From Octopus sinensis (lineage: Eukaryota): a DNA stretch of 64,000 bases. A program made the translations under genes and the position numbers. Below are positions 38,079-52,764 of the stretch, piece by piece (position 1 is the stretch's first letter; each line of letters opens with the position of its first letter). Below the pieces are notes generated by a model. The model was not told the DNA's origin. It saw only the letters and a list, made by a program, of their open reading frames with translations, and did no database searches. Location: positions 57,362,464 to 57,426,463 of the forward strand of contig NC_043011.1 of the NCBI RefSeq assembly GCF_006345805.1, given 5' to 3'.

Positions 38079-39268
38079 AGAGAGACGTATTAGCAGTCGG
38101 CTGGTAGTCGTTTTCAGCTGAGCAGAATGGAACTTCGGGAAAATGAAAAGACACAACGCATTGTCGGTAGAAAAATCGAACCTACAACATTATGACCATG
38201 AACCTAATGCCCACTAATCACTGGACTGTTTTCCTTTTAGTGAAGAAGGAGAGAGACACAAAAGAAAAGGTAGACGTGAAAAAGAGATAAAAAAAAAAAG
38301 ATAGGAGAAGGAAACGATGCAATGTTATGAAAGAAAAAAAATAAGACAACCAGAAACGGAGGAAAGACTAAGATAGCCTTCGACGGTGTGTTGTGACTTC
38401 AATATGCTCGCTAACTTAGAATATACATGTGTAACAGAAATATATTATAAATATATAATCAACTACGAGAACTAAGAGGGAGAACAAAAGCATTATCAAG
38501 CGTAGCAGCAGCAGCAGCATCATCATCAGCAGCATTGTTCCATAATCCACGTCCTTGCACGATCTGTGGAATGGTTTGCAAATCCTTGGAGGGTCGAAGA
38601 TGTCAGAGCTGACCTTAAACATCGAAGCTGAATAAACTGAATAGGTTGTTAGATCCTCATACCTCAAAACTGACCAGAGAGTGCATCATATACATGCATA
38701 CATGCATACATGCATACATGCATACATGCATGCAAACATGCGCGCTGGCGTACACACACGAAGCACGAACAAACTTTTTACTAATATTTATTGAGATAAG
38801 GACAATGCACATGCATATATTGCGCACGCGCACGTGAGGATCTGTAAGCATATATGTGCAAATATGTAAGGCTCGGAGGAACAACCAGGAGAAATAAAAT
38901 TCAGTACAATATACGTATGTGTGTGTGTGTGTTAGTGTTAGTGTATGTATGTATGTATGTATGTATGTATGTATGTATATATATATATATATACATATAT
39001 ATACACACCAGTCGAATGGTTGCTAAATCCAATGTGTAATTGAGTACTCAAAACAATATGTAGAGAGGAGATATTATTTATTGTGTGTAACCCGATGGAC
39101 AAACTTCAAGTACATGGAATCTCATAATGATTAATCGGTCCATATTATCAGATGTAGGGTTGGGGCGTAATTTCAGTAACAGTTAAAGTAAGCAGCGTTG
39201 GCGAAGTTAAGTACAGGAAACTTAATACAGACAAAAATAACACACAAACAGTTAATATTTGACATTCT

Positions 39269-39668
39269 AAGGCAGCGAGCTGGCAGAAGCGTTAGCACGC
39301 CGGGCGAAATGCTTAGCGGTATTTTGTCTGTCTTTACGTTCTGAGTTCAAATTCCGCCGAGGTCGAGTTTGCCTTTCATCCTTTCGGGGTCGATAAATTA
39401 AGTACCAGTTACGCACTGGGGTCGATGTAATCGACTTAACCCGTTTGTGTGTCCTTGTTTGTCCCTTCTGTGTTTAGTCCCTTGTGGCTAGTAAAGAAAT
39501 AGGTATTTCGTCTGTCTTTACGTTCTGTGTTCAAATTCTATCGAGGTCGACTTTGTCTTTCATCCTTTCGGGGTCGATAAATTAAGTACCAGTTGCGTAC
39601 CGGAGTCAATCTAATCGACTGGACCCCTCCCCCCAAATTTCGGGCCTTGTGCTTAGAGTAGAAAAGAA
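39269..39668 (+). mobile_element. Dimeric SINE A
   Basis: Monomer + truncated monomer. The 16-bp TSD aatatttgacattcta flanks the whole dimer. Confidence 0.92.
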
Positions 39669-40888
39669 TATTTGACATTCTATAGGAAAGTGAACGGGGT
39701 TAGTGGAGAGTTAAAGCGGTCACTGGTAAAAGTCTATTTGTTTCGGAGCAATGTTTTTATACCCTCCTGTTGCGTGTATGGATGTGGTTGTATATGTTCA
39801 GACGTTTGAGTATTGGCGCATGAATATTTGTGTTAAAATGTAGGGCAGCGTGCTTTTGTATGGTCTATTTATGTATCTAAAACCCCCACCATATATGCAT
39901 ATACATATATACACATATACAGACACACGCACACACTGACTTATATGCAGAAAGATAATTATGAAGAACACACGCTTCGTAAGCCGGGTCATATAATAGG
40001 TTAGTGTAAATCTCTCCCCAAATATTTGATATAAGACCTATGTGTGTGTATGTGTGCGTATTAGAGCGTTTGTATGATGATGTTTATTTACGAGTGCTTG
40101 TGTGTGTATGTACGCTTGTGTGTATGTAGCTTTTATGATTGCGTGTGGTGCAGACTGGGTTGGTTTATGTCTCGATGTATCTGTGTTTGAATATTTCATT
40201 TAATATTTGTGTGTATGTATTTGTATGTAGTGACATAGCTTGAGCGTGTGCCGCCCGGGGCCGTCCTTCAGTGTTTCGCTCCCGCTCCTACACAGCTTCA
40301 TACAGCAGACCCAAAAGTGCTGAGCGTCGCCCGGAGCAGTTCGATCTCTAACTACGCTACTGTTTGCATACAGTGTTAGTCTGTATTAATGCGTATGTAC
40401 TCGTGCGATTTCGCGTAGGTGTAAATGATTTAATAATTGTGTGAGCATACACAGACGTACCTTTCAGAATGTGTTTATATAACTGTATGAAAGCGTTGGT
40501 TCTGTATAGGCTTGCAGTTAAGGTAGGTTTTATGTTTACAGATATACACATTAGTGCACAAGTTCACGTTCACATATGTGCAAACACTATCAGCTCCTCT
40601 CCAGGTGACCGACCTCAGATGTGTACTACTGTCCACACCGCCATCCTCACCATCTCTTTTCTATCTATTAGTGTAAAACTCATATGTCTTTTTCTTTTGT
40701 CTCTTAACGGTTTCTTTGTGTAAAGTTTTTATTCTTAATTTGTTCATTTTTACCGTTTGTTATGTTTACTCACTTAGGTCCCTGGCAATATAACCATTCT
40801 AATCGATATGAGATTTCATGAGCTGTTCAAACGGATTGTAGATTGCCCGACGGACCACATTCAATAAATTTTATACTAAAAAAAGAAG

Positions 40889-41211
40889 GGAGCACTTCGT
40901 CGGTTGCGACGGCGAGGGTCCCAGCTGATACGATCAACGGAACAGCCTGTTCGTGAAATTAACGTGCAAGTGGCTGAGTACTCCACAGACACGTGTACCC
41001 TTAACGTAGTTCTCAGGGATGTTCAGCGTGGTACAAAGTGTAACCAGGCCGGCCCTTTGAAATACTGGTACAACTCATTTTTGCCAGCTGAGTGGACCGA
41101 AGCAACGTGAAATAAAGTGTCTTGCTCAAGGACACAACGCGTCGCCCGGAATTGAACTCACGACTTAACGATCGTGAGCCGAATGCCCCAACCACTAAAC
41201 CACGCGCCTTC
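40889..41211 (-). mobile_element. Full SINE family C (tRNA head + CORE-like box)
   Basis: GAAGGCGCGTGGTTTAGTGG..GAGTTCAATTCCG..TGTGTCCTTGAGCAAGACACTT. Second copy at 51397-51722. Confidence 0.88.
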
Positions 41212-41295
41212 ACGAATTTTTTACTAGAACACACTCGTGTATATAATTACACACATACGCACATATATGCGTGTATATACATTCCTCGCCCCCCC

Positions 41296-41391
41296 CACAC
41301 ACATACGTATGCACACACATACGTATGCACACACATACGTATGCACACACATACGTATGCACACACATACGTATGCACACACATACGTATG
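41296..41391. repeat. Minisatellite, 6 x 16 bp CACACACATACGTATG
   Basis: Six perfect units read directly. Confidence 0.92.
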
Positions 41392-41884
41392 CACACACAC
41401 ACGCACACGCACTCATACACATCAGTACATTCCTACACACATGCACATAAAGCCATGTTGCTAGGTTTTGAAATGTCGCTCCTGACAAAATAACTTTACA
41501 AATGGAAGAGAACTCAAATATTTAAAGCTGAATTATTTTGTTTCTTTTAGTTTGTCATTGTAGACTTCATTACTGGGTGTTTTATGACCGAAAGCGATCC
41601 TCAAACGAATGTGTTTGGTGGTCACATCTCGGGTATGGTCGAATCAGCTGTCAGCCAGGCACCCTCCTCGTGTCCAAGAGTCGGCATGCCAAGACTCATC
41701 AGTTCCCTCTGTGTTGTATACAAGCAGCCAGGCTCCCGTTTCCAGCCTATCCTCTGATGTCAACAAATGTCTTTGACGGTCTTTTGTTCTTCTATGTATG
41801 TATGTATGTATGTATGTATGTATGTATGTATGTATGTATGTATGTATGTATGTATGTATGTATTGCATGTGTATATGTATGCAT

Positions 41885-41930
<46 letters not shown>

Positions 41931-41965
41931 CTATCTATCTATCTATCTTCTATCTATCTATCTAT

Positions 41966-42214
41966 TGACCGTATTGGTCTTTTCCGTAGGCTTTTCTTTC
42001 CACGGATAAACCTTATCTGCTTCCCCCTTTACACTTTACATCATGACATTTCTGTGATACACGATCCCTATTGATCGTTTTTTTCTTTCCCTTTTACGAA
42101 CCCTTTTGATCGAAAACCTACCCACCTTTTTTTTCTTTTTCTCTCCCCCAAAAGAAAAGCTCTACTTTGTAATCTGTCCCGTCTGTGTGCAGCCCTGTGT
42201 GGCTAATAAAGAAA
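41966..42214 (+). mobile_element. Probable LINE 3' UTR fragment embedded in (TATC)n
   Basis: Pyrimidine-rich and ends cagccctgtgtggctaataaagaaa, like SINE A tail B. (TATC)n lies on both sides. Confidence 0.55.
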
Positions 42215-42216
42215 CA

Positions 42217-42307
<91 letters not shown>

Positions 42308-42308
42308 A

Positions 42309-42363
<55 letters not shown>

Positions 42364-42733
42364 GAGACTGCGTGTGCGGACTCAAATGCAGACATTGAGT
42401 GTAAATGTACGTTTTAAGAAAGTAAAATGAAGAATCTTGAGAATGCTTTACATATTTTCATTGTTCCATCAATTGGTTGCATTTTGGAGATGTTATTGAG
42501 CTTTTGTATTGTTCTTGGAATCCAACCAGAATTTCCATTATGCAAATTTGTTGTATAACCAAGAACGCCTATGGTAGTAGATAAAATTTAAGTTAATGTA
42601 TGTATGTATGTATGTATGTATGCATGCGAATATGTGCTTAATTGTATGTATATATGCATGCGAGGAAATGTGTTTTTATACGCATGTAGCTGTGTATATA
42701 TATGTATGAATGTTTTACATATATGTCTGTCTG

Positions 42734-42805
<72 letters not shown>

Positions 42806-43156
42806 ATGTATATCCGAGTGTTTACGCTATTATCAAAAAAAAAAAGGAAAGAAAAAGAAAAAGATTTATTTCGTTCCAGATATTCTAATGACAACCATTT
42901 CTATATAATCGATATTTGTTTTGTAAACTATTATCTGAAAACAGATATCTTAATTATTAAATGATTTTCCGTTTCTACAGTCGCCGGTGTTAACAACTAT
43001 TGTTTATTCCCCTTCATTTGCTCTTATATTTTTATTTGTATTTTATCAAGAAACTCTTTAGTCAATGAAGTAATTTTATTTCTTCGCCAGTCTCGAAAAA
43101 AATAAAGAAAGAAAATCAACGAAATAATGATAATAATAATAATAATAATAATAATA

Positions 43157-43196
<40 letters not shown>

Positions 43197-43524
43197 TGAC
43201 TAGATTTAATTATACTTCACACGTCTTTCGTTTGTTGTTTTCGATAAATCTCTTCCAATATTGATATAATTTTTCTCATTGAAGCTGCGTTAATTAGTAA
43301 ATTTTGATTAGTATAGCGTTGCAATTTAATTTATAGAAAATAAAAATATAAATTAAATATGAATTTCAAACTTAAGTTTCCTTACGAGCTCAAAGTTGTG
43401 CATCACTCGGTGTGTAGAGGAGACGATATATGAGTGTTTTCTGTGTAACCCCAGCGTGTCATTTATTAAGTCCATCATGGAGGTTTGCCTGTCATAATTT
43501 TCCCTATATTTTATTTTGTCTTAG

Positions 43525-43910
<386 letters not shown>

Positions 43911-44052
43911 ATGTGCCACATGATTTCAAAGGTTATTTTTAGGTGTACAGCCATGTAGCACAACGTTTCTTGGTTTACTTTTCAGACAATGGATTCTGAG
44001 TAACATCATCGATTCTTTTCTTCCCGCGCGTGCGCACGTATTTTAGAATATG

Positions 44053-44279
44053 TTTCTTTACTACCCACAAGGGGCTAAACACAGAGGGGACAAACAAGAA
44101 CAGACAAACGGATTAAGTCGATTACATCGACCTCAGTGCGTAACTGGTACTTAATTTATCGACCCCAAAAGGATGAAAAGCAAAGTCGACCTCGGCGGAA
44201 TTTGAACTCAGAACGTAGCGGCGGACGAAATACAGCTACGCATTTCGCCCGGTGTGCTAACGTTTCTGCCAGCTCGGCG
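44053..44279 (-). mobile_element. Full SINE A (tail type B)
   Basis: Reverse complement of the 15340-type copy. Further A fragments lie at 44759-44860 (+) and 45270-45360 (-). Confidence 0.9.
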
Positions 44280-46118
44280 TTCGATTTGAGGGACGTTTAG
44301 CTTGCTAATTTTAGCAGATCTATTGATGACAAAGAAGCTCTCTTATTAGATCGGGTCACATGATTTTTGGTGTGTTACGTGCTTGAAGTTGTGTAATGTA
44401 CACTTGTGTGTGTGTGCGTGCACGCGTGTTTATGTGCGCGTGTGTATGGTGTGTGTGCGCACATGTACACGTATCTGCGTATTCTTTCTTTCAGTCAATG
44501 GACTGCGGCCATACTGGTGCATCGTTTTATTTCTGTCTTTGTTTATGTATTATTTACCATTTACACCATTTTTGTAGAATTTTCACTGCTGGAGGTTGGT
44601 CTATAATTGCGTTAGTAGCATCTGATCTTCTTGGAGTGCAACCTTATACAGTTGGCTGGTCTGATAGCTTGCTATGCGTGAGCATGTGCGTGCGCGCTCG
44701 CGTGTGTGACGGTGAATTTTAATGAAGCCAAGTTTGTCACTATTATTATACAAAGACTAAAGGCGGCGAACCGGCAGAATGGTTAGTGGCGTTTCGTCCG
44801 GCTCCGCGTGTTATGAGTTCAAATATCATCGAGGTCAACTTTGCATTTCATCCTTTCGAGTATTGGACATTTTAATACAGCCGCCGTGACGCCGCTGTTT
44901 TGGTGTCGCTGCTTTGGCTCATGTGACATCAGACGTTTTAATGTTTCAGGAGATGAAGATCAGTCGATGCTACCGACCTCAATATTTCGTACAAAATATA
45001 CATTTTCAGAAAATATTCTGACTCCACTGACATTCCAGCCCTTAAAACATTCGAAGATAAATATATTTGTGGGATACAAACGTCACAATCTGGGGGTGGG
45101 GAAAGAATGAATAAAATGACAGAAGAGCTCCATCAGATTTATACAAAACATTTTGATTAAGAGTTCTCTTCCCTTCTTTCTATTTTATTTTCTTGTTTTG
45201 TTTTGGTTTAACCTTTTACAAATAAGCAAAACTTGATGACGTCATTTTGCTTAGGAAAGAACGCAGCACCGATTACACAGACCCCAGTACTCAACTGGTA
45301 CTTATTTCGTCGACTCCGAGAGGACGAAAGGCAAAGTCAACCTCGACGGAATTTGAATTCATTTAAGATAATAGAATACTAGACTAATTTATAAAGATAG
45401 GCCAGGCCTACATCGTAACGACGAATAAAACTAGGTCTCCTCTTCCGGACGGAGGACGCAATAACATCGATTATAAATAGGTCTCCAGTTTTTGAAAGAA
45501 GCTTCATCTTACATGCTCGTTACGTTCACGCAAGAAGCATGCACATCTCAGCATTTCTTTTGTGATTGTCCCACTTTCCCCTGCCCCATCTTCCCTCCCC
45601 ACCTAATACTTCGGATTAAATTTGGGGTAAGAAATCAATACCATTAAGTTAAAAACAGGAACTATAGGTGCTGTGTACTCATAACAAAATCACGACCTAC
45701 CGCAGCTGCCTTCCTCCTCTCACCATTATTTCTCTGCTGCTCTACCAGAAAACGGTTTTTTTGTTTTGTTTTGAGCTAAAGTGGTGCAGAAGCAAGGATT
45801 AAAAATATCAACACCAACTAGAAGATCTTTCTGGAACAGAAATAATCTAATCAATGATTAATCACGAAAAAATCATCGCTTAAAAGGTTGTTGTTGAAAA
45901 CAACAAAACAAGAGAAAAGATTCACACACAAACAGACGGGGGAGGAATGAGTGAGAGTGAAACAAGTTGAAATAAAATTGTTAAAATGGGGTTTTGAAAT
46001 TAGATAAGCGTGTTATTTGTTATGGCGGGGGTGCCGTGGGGTGGGCAAGGGCGGTTTTGTGTTGTTTGATATAAACGACGTAATGTAGTATAAGAGGCGA
46101 AAAATAATAAAATAGATG

Positions 46119-46165
<47 letters not shown>

Positions 46166-47134
46166 CAGACCAAAAGAATCTAGAGCTGCAACACTCACAC
46201 ATATACATACATACATACATATATATACACACACATACACATACACACATACGCATTACACACACACACATATATACATACACGCACACACACCACACAC
46301 CACAATATATATATATATATATATGTGCATACATATATACATACACATATGTTTACATCGAAAGGAGAGCGAAACAAGCTAAAAATAAAAGATAAAAATA
46401 GAAAAAAAAACAACTATATGAAAAATAACAACAAAAATAACTACAGCAGCAATAAGAAGAATAATGAAAGCACTTGCACAAAAGGATGGATAATATTTTA
46501 TTTAATGAAACAGGATGAAGCGGAAATTGTCAGCTTGGTGACTTTGTGCAGGAAACAGTATTATTTATTACTAAAGATGGAACGACAACAAAAATAAAAA
46601 AAAACAAATCACCAACAAAAAACAAAAACAAAGTACATAAAAAGCAAATAAATAGCAATAAAATAAAACAATTACAAAAATACAGCGAACTGAAAAGAAA
46701 AAAAAATTGTTCCGTTATTGTGTTGTAAGAAAGTATTATAAAAAGTTAACAATGGAAAAAAATGCTGTGTTCTAGGATTGCTTGATTTTTTGTTATTATT
46801 ATGTAGATAAAACCAGTCGGAGACATAGTTTGAAATGTTAGAATTAAACTAAATACAGTAGAAATGTTGTTGTTGTTGTTGTTGGTGGTGGTGGTTGGGA
46901 TATTTGGGCCCTCGAGGTCAGCCCCTCATCGACGTGACGAATGATCAAAGCCAACAAAGTCTTGACCATCGCCTCTTTTCATGGTTGTACATATATAATA
47001 TCTACACACATATAAAATACATACGCGTATATATGGACACACAAAGAAATATAATATATACATACATACACACACTCACATATATATGCATATATATATG
47101 CATATATACATACATACCTACACACACACACACG

Positions 47135-47181
<47 letters not shown>

Positions 47182-47760
47182 TCTCATGCAATCATACATA
47201 TATATATACATATATGTCTATATAAATACAAACACATATCTGTACATACATACACACACACAAAGAGAACACACGCATACATATACATGTGTGTGTGTGC
47301 GTGCGAACTCGAGTATGTTAGATATGATTTTGCACAAACATATTTTATTCTACATTGCTTCGTCTCACTGTATGCATACATACACACATACACACATATA
47401 CATAAGTGTGTGGGGGTTCCCGAAAAAACAGACAATAATAAACAAGTATAACAAAAGCGACGTCAACGATACTAACAGAAACAATAATAAAAAATCATCG
47501 TAGAAGCCCAAGCATAAAAGAATGGTTAATATTTCATTTGGTGAAAGAGGTTGAAGAGGCAATTGTCAACGAGTGACTGTGGACAGGAACCGATATTATT
47601 TATTACTAAAGATAAACAACAACAACAACAACAACAACAATAAAAGAAACATATACATACACATATCTGTACATCTATACATATGTATGTGTATGTATAC
47701 GTACATACATATGTATATATGTATATACACACGCGCTCACACCTCTGTATATATGTATGT

Positions 47761-48186
47761 CATTGTTCAGTTTTATTTGAAGATTTCTTGCCAATAGAGA
47801 AAGAGCCGGTTTCTAACCAAGATTCAAGGCTCCTTCATTGGAATTTCAAAAGCAATAATAGAGTATTTTTGTTTGGTTGTATGTATGTATGTATGTATTA
47901 ATGTGCAGATTTGTATGTTTTGCTTTATGTATGTATTCTCATGCAAATATGTGCATATGTACACATGCTCGTATATGTTTAAATGATAACTTTCTGGTGA
48001 GTTTTACAGATTTTTACAGTTCCAGTGATGGATTGAATCTGTAGTCTTCGAATTAGTTTTCTCCTTTATGCTTTTGGGAAGCCTAATTTCTCAAGACTGG
48101 TATTTAGGCAGTGTGTTACATATCCCAGGGCCCCAATACTTACTGGTATAAACCTGAACTTGTAATCTGGATAGAGTAACAGCAGA
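47761..48186 (-). mobile_element. (TACA)n-family RLE 3' end
   Basis: LLYPDYKFRFIPVSIGALGYVTHCLNTSLEKLGF and the same 3' UTR. Confidence 0.88.
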
Positions 48187-48680
48187 TTAAACCGGCGACT
48201 AAACCGGCAACCCCACCAAGCTTGCTTGGTGAGGAGGGTGTTTATTGGACACCCTGCGAGATGAAAAACAAAACCCGTCAAAGGGCGGAGGAACCCTTGA
48301 GAGTCAACGGCCATCCAATAAATGTCTTAAGGCTGTATCATGCGCGGGGACATAGAAATAATCGGACTGAATACCCGATCGCGCGGTTAAACCATTGGGA
48401 GTGAAGGACTCCTAGCCTTTGTTAGGGCATCCTTCTAGGAGAAGGTAACTCAGGTAACTGGCATAACTCCGATATAAAACCTGCGGCTCAGTGGTTACCG
48501 ATGATGTTGACTTGTTCTTCATTTCGGTTTATGGCTGCTGTTGTTTAGTGAGTGGGATTGACTCAGTGCACAGCCTTTCCTCACTTAAAAAAAAAATCTT
48601 CTTGCACAGGCATTGCACGATAGCAACATTGATTAAGCTTCGTGCAATGGCCATACTCGATAACGAAGGGGCAGCCACCA
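48187..48680 (+). mobile_element. Second, 5'-truncated copy of the 11888-12422 non-autonomous element
   Basis: Collinear with 11955-12422. (TGTA)n tail. Confidence 0.85.
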
Positions 48681-48800
48681 TGTATGTATGTATGTATGTA
48701 TGTATGTATGTATGTATGTATGTATGTATGTATGTATGTATGTATGTATTTATGTATGTATGTATGTATGTATGTATGTATGTATGTGTATATATATATA

Positions 48801-48842
<42 letters not shown>

Positions 48843-48924
48843 TACTGTATATGTATATATATATTATGCTGTCTGTATATATAAGTATATACATTAATAT
48901 GTATATATATATATGAACGTACGC

Positions 48925-49060
48925 GTGGCTGTGTAGTATGATATTTTTCTACGTAGTCACGTGGTTCTGCGTGGTACCTTGGACATGTGTTTTCTACTAT
49001 AGCCTCGAGCAGAACAAAACTTTGGGAGCGGTTTTGGCAGGCGGAAAGAGAAAGAAGGCT
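48925..49060 (+). mobile_element. Degenerate SINE B 5' half
   Basis: gtggctgtgtagta..gtggtaccttggacatgtgttttctactatagcctcg. Confidence 0.7.
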
Positions 49061-49066
49061 ATCGCA

Positions 49067-49109
<43 letters not shown>

Positions 49110-49429
49110 TATATATATATATATATATACATATATATGTATATATAAACATGCAAGGGTTTTGAAACCCTCTTAATTATAATTGTGACTCGTTCATAAT
49201 CATAAACATTGTTCTATGTATTTTATGATAACATGTTTGTCCATTGATGTATTCATAAATAATTGATAGTTGTTTATAATATATCGTCTGTAATGTATTA
49301 TTACATTACTTGTAATTATATATGTATATATGTAGATGTACATGTACATATATATATATATATATCTGTATACATACATACATACATACATATACACACA
49401 CACACACACACACACATATAATATATAAT

Positions 49430-49461
<32 letters not shown>

Positions 49462-50329
49462 ATATATATATATATATATTAGGGAAGATTAATTCGAGTC
49501 CACAGGAATTAGTCATTCAAATTAAAGGTACTAAAGTGAACTTCTCTCAACATTTTATTCATGTATATGAAAGTAGTTTTAGAGACAGAACCACCCTCAA
49601 CTCAATGAATATTGAAAGATATAACTGACCGAACCATAAAATATTAAATATAATACTAACTATATTCAGAATCCCATACTTTCCATATTAAAGACAACAC
49701 GTGTTTCATGACAGTATGTCGGTATTGTTGAGATATAAGGGCTCTAGTTTCAATACTCAATTAGATGGACGTTCTTCCAATGTTCAGGTCTGGATTCTAC
49801 GCATTTATTACTCTATCTAATCCTATATAACTCTGTGATAATTGAAATTATTTGACTAAAAATCGTCAACATAATTTTACTTTACAAATTAATGAATAAA
49901 AATAGTGAATGAACCTTAAAATTTAAGGAATAAAAATTTAAGGAATAAAAGAGGATAAAAAATACCAATAAAAATGCGAATATAAAATACGAATAAAAAT
50001 GCGAAATAAAAATAAAAATAATGAACAAAACGAATGTTAACTTATCTATTTGTGGTTCCTTGCCGGCGAAAATTAAACATGACAACACGTACAAGTAACG
50101 TACAATCCACAATGTGCAATCCTCGTTCGTTCTCGCTTTCTGCTGTAGAACACAGTGCACTGAATGTTATAGCGGAAACAACTGTAACTTACTGAAGTTG
50201 GTTTCGTAATTTTTATTTTCTTGTCATTATTTTTTTCATATTACGCTCTTTACTCGTCTAAGACTTTATCCTGAAGATTATATATACAAAGTCCTAATAT
50301 CAGGTATGCCGAAGAGACACCATAAAATG

Positions 50330-50383
<54 letters not shown>

Positions 50384-50433
50384 CACACATATCCATATAA
50401 ATATATATTTACATATATACATATATGTGTCTA

Positions 50434-50508
<75 letters not shown>

Positions 50509-50802
50509 TATATATGTATATATATACATATATATGTATATATTTATACATATATATGTATATATATATATACATATATATGTATATATATATACATATA
50601 TATGTATATGTATATACATATATATATGTATAAGTATATACATATATATGTATATATATATACATATAAATGTATATATATACATATGTATATGTATATA
50701 TATGTATATATATATATGTATATGTATATATATATGTATATATGTATATATATGTATATATATATATGTATATGTATATATATGTATATATATATATATG
50801 TA

Positions 50803-50850
<48 letters not shown>

Positions 50851-50890
50851 GTATATATATATATTATATATGTATATATATAAATATATG
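50330..50890. repeat. Compound (CA)n/(CT)n/(TA)n microsatellite
   Basis: Direct reading. Similar tracts lie at 24420-24780 and 55900-56300. Confidence 0.95.
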
Positions 50891-51186
50891 TAGGTTTGTA
50901 TATGTGTATGCATGCAAACGCATGCACGCGCGCACGCGCGCACATGTCAGTGTATGACATTCTTAAAAAAGTATTGTCGCCTTGCTGAGATTGTCCATAT
51001 TCCTGACAGTGACATATGTTAATCCCCAACAGAGCTTCCATCAACTTGAATTAGAGGCTTGTGGAATTGCAACCCTCCCCCCTCACCCATTCCATGAGTA
51101 CGAATCCAGAAATGTCTGGTTTGCTGAAAAAAAAGCCAGAAAAGCACATTGCTACAAAAGAAAGTAATACTGCCAATCATCTTTAT

Positions 51187-51260
<74 letters not shown>

Positions 51261-51300
51261 TTAGTACTGCTGCTACTACTGGTGCTGCTGCTGTTGCTGA

Positions 51301-51334
<34 letters not shown>

Positions 51335-51396
51335 GCTGCTACTACTACTACTACTACAATAATGGTGATGATGATGGTGATGATGATGACGATGAT

Positions 51397-51722
51397 GGAG
51401 TGGCTCTCCGTCGCTTATTAGAAGGAGGCTTCCTGTCGATCCGGTCAACAGAACAGTCTGCTCATGAAACTAACGTGCAAGTGGCTGAGCACTCCACAGA
51501 CACGTGGACCCTTAACGTAGTTCCCAGGGAGATTCAGCGTGACACGGAATGCGACAAATTTGGCCCTTTGAAATACAGGTACAATTCATTTTTGCCAGAT
51601 GAGTGGACTAGAATAAGGAGAAATAAAGCGACTTGCTGAAGGACATAATGCGCTGCCGGAAATGGAATTCACAGCCTTACGGTCGTGAGCCGAATTCCCT
51701 AACCACTAAGCCACGTGCCTTC
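51397..51722 (-). mobile_element. SINE family C
   Basis: Collinear with 40889-41211. Confidence 0.85.
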
Positions 51723-51773
<51 letters not shown>

Positions 51774-51996
51774 TTGGTAGTAATGCCAATAATTGTCGTA
51801 GGTCTGGGAACAGTGAGTAAAAATCTTGCGAAGTACATGAAACAAATAGGGGCTGCACTTGCAAAAAAACAGCACTGCTTGGAACCGCTCGAATACTCCG
51901 GATGGTGCTCGAAAAATAAGGGGTGTCATCTTAGTTCATTGGTAGTGAACAGCTGGCACCGTAGTACATCGGCAGCATTAGAAGCTGTGAAAAGAC
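51774..51996 (+). mobile_element. R4/Dong-like RLE element, extreme 3' end, inside (AAT)n
   Basis: VMPIIVVGLGTVSKNLAKYMKQIG..LQKTALLGTARILRMVLEK*. (AAT)n on both sides. Confidence 0.8.
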
Positions 51997-51997
51997 A

Positions 51998-52093
<96 letters not shown>

Positions 52094-52103
52094 CTAATAA
52101 TAA

Positions 52104-52640
52104 ATGCACTGATGCAGTACCAGACACTGGCTCTGATCTCATAGGATTGGAAGTGTTATCATGTACATTGTTTTGTTTTTGTATAAAAGATAGGCTACAG
52201 CAAATATTCTGCTCAATACCACAGATTTGCTTGTCAGTTGTTTGACCATAACCAGTTGAGCATGTCCCTTAATGGTTGACGGTATGTGCAACTCTGATTA
52301 CGAGCAGAAGTAGTAGGAGAGCATCATAGTCGTGTGTTGAAGGGGATTCTTTGGGGTTTGAATAATTCACCTGTAGAAACATAGGTGTTTCGTTCATCAT
52401 CCTTTAAACAAACCTTATTCAGAGACCTTTTGAACGGGATGGCTTACTCGACCCGAAGAAAATTCTAACTGCAAGGTCATGCGATGTTTATCTTGATATG
52501 AAATCACTATGTCGCGCACACATGGTTGTGATGCATGTGCCTGGTGTACCCTTATCAGACAGGTAGTCATGATGGGTATATTGAGAATCATATATTTGTA
52601 CCCTAGTATCACTTTGATGGCATACACTGCTCTCTCACTC
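52104..52640 (+). mobile_element. Putative non-coding element embedded in (AAT)n
   Basis: ~540 bp of complex sequence with no ORF, bounded on both sides by (AAT)n. Single copy here; strand uncertain. Confidence 0.45.
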
Positions 52641-52647
52641 AATAATA

Positions 52648-52748
<101 letters not shown>

Positions 52749-52764
52749 GTAATAATAATAATAA

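Noticed and set aside
41296-41391. CRISPR-like array
   Set aside because: Head-to-tail repeats with no spacers, no cas genes and a eukaryotic context.
49685-49710. GAAA-CACGTG-TT hammerhead 3' half on minus strand
   Set aside because: No matching CUGANGA box found nearby.
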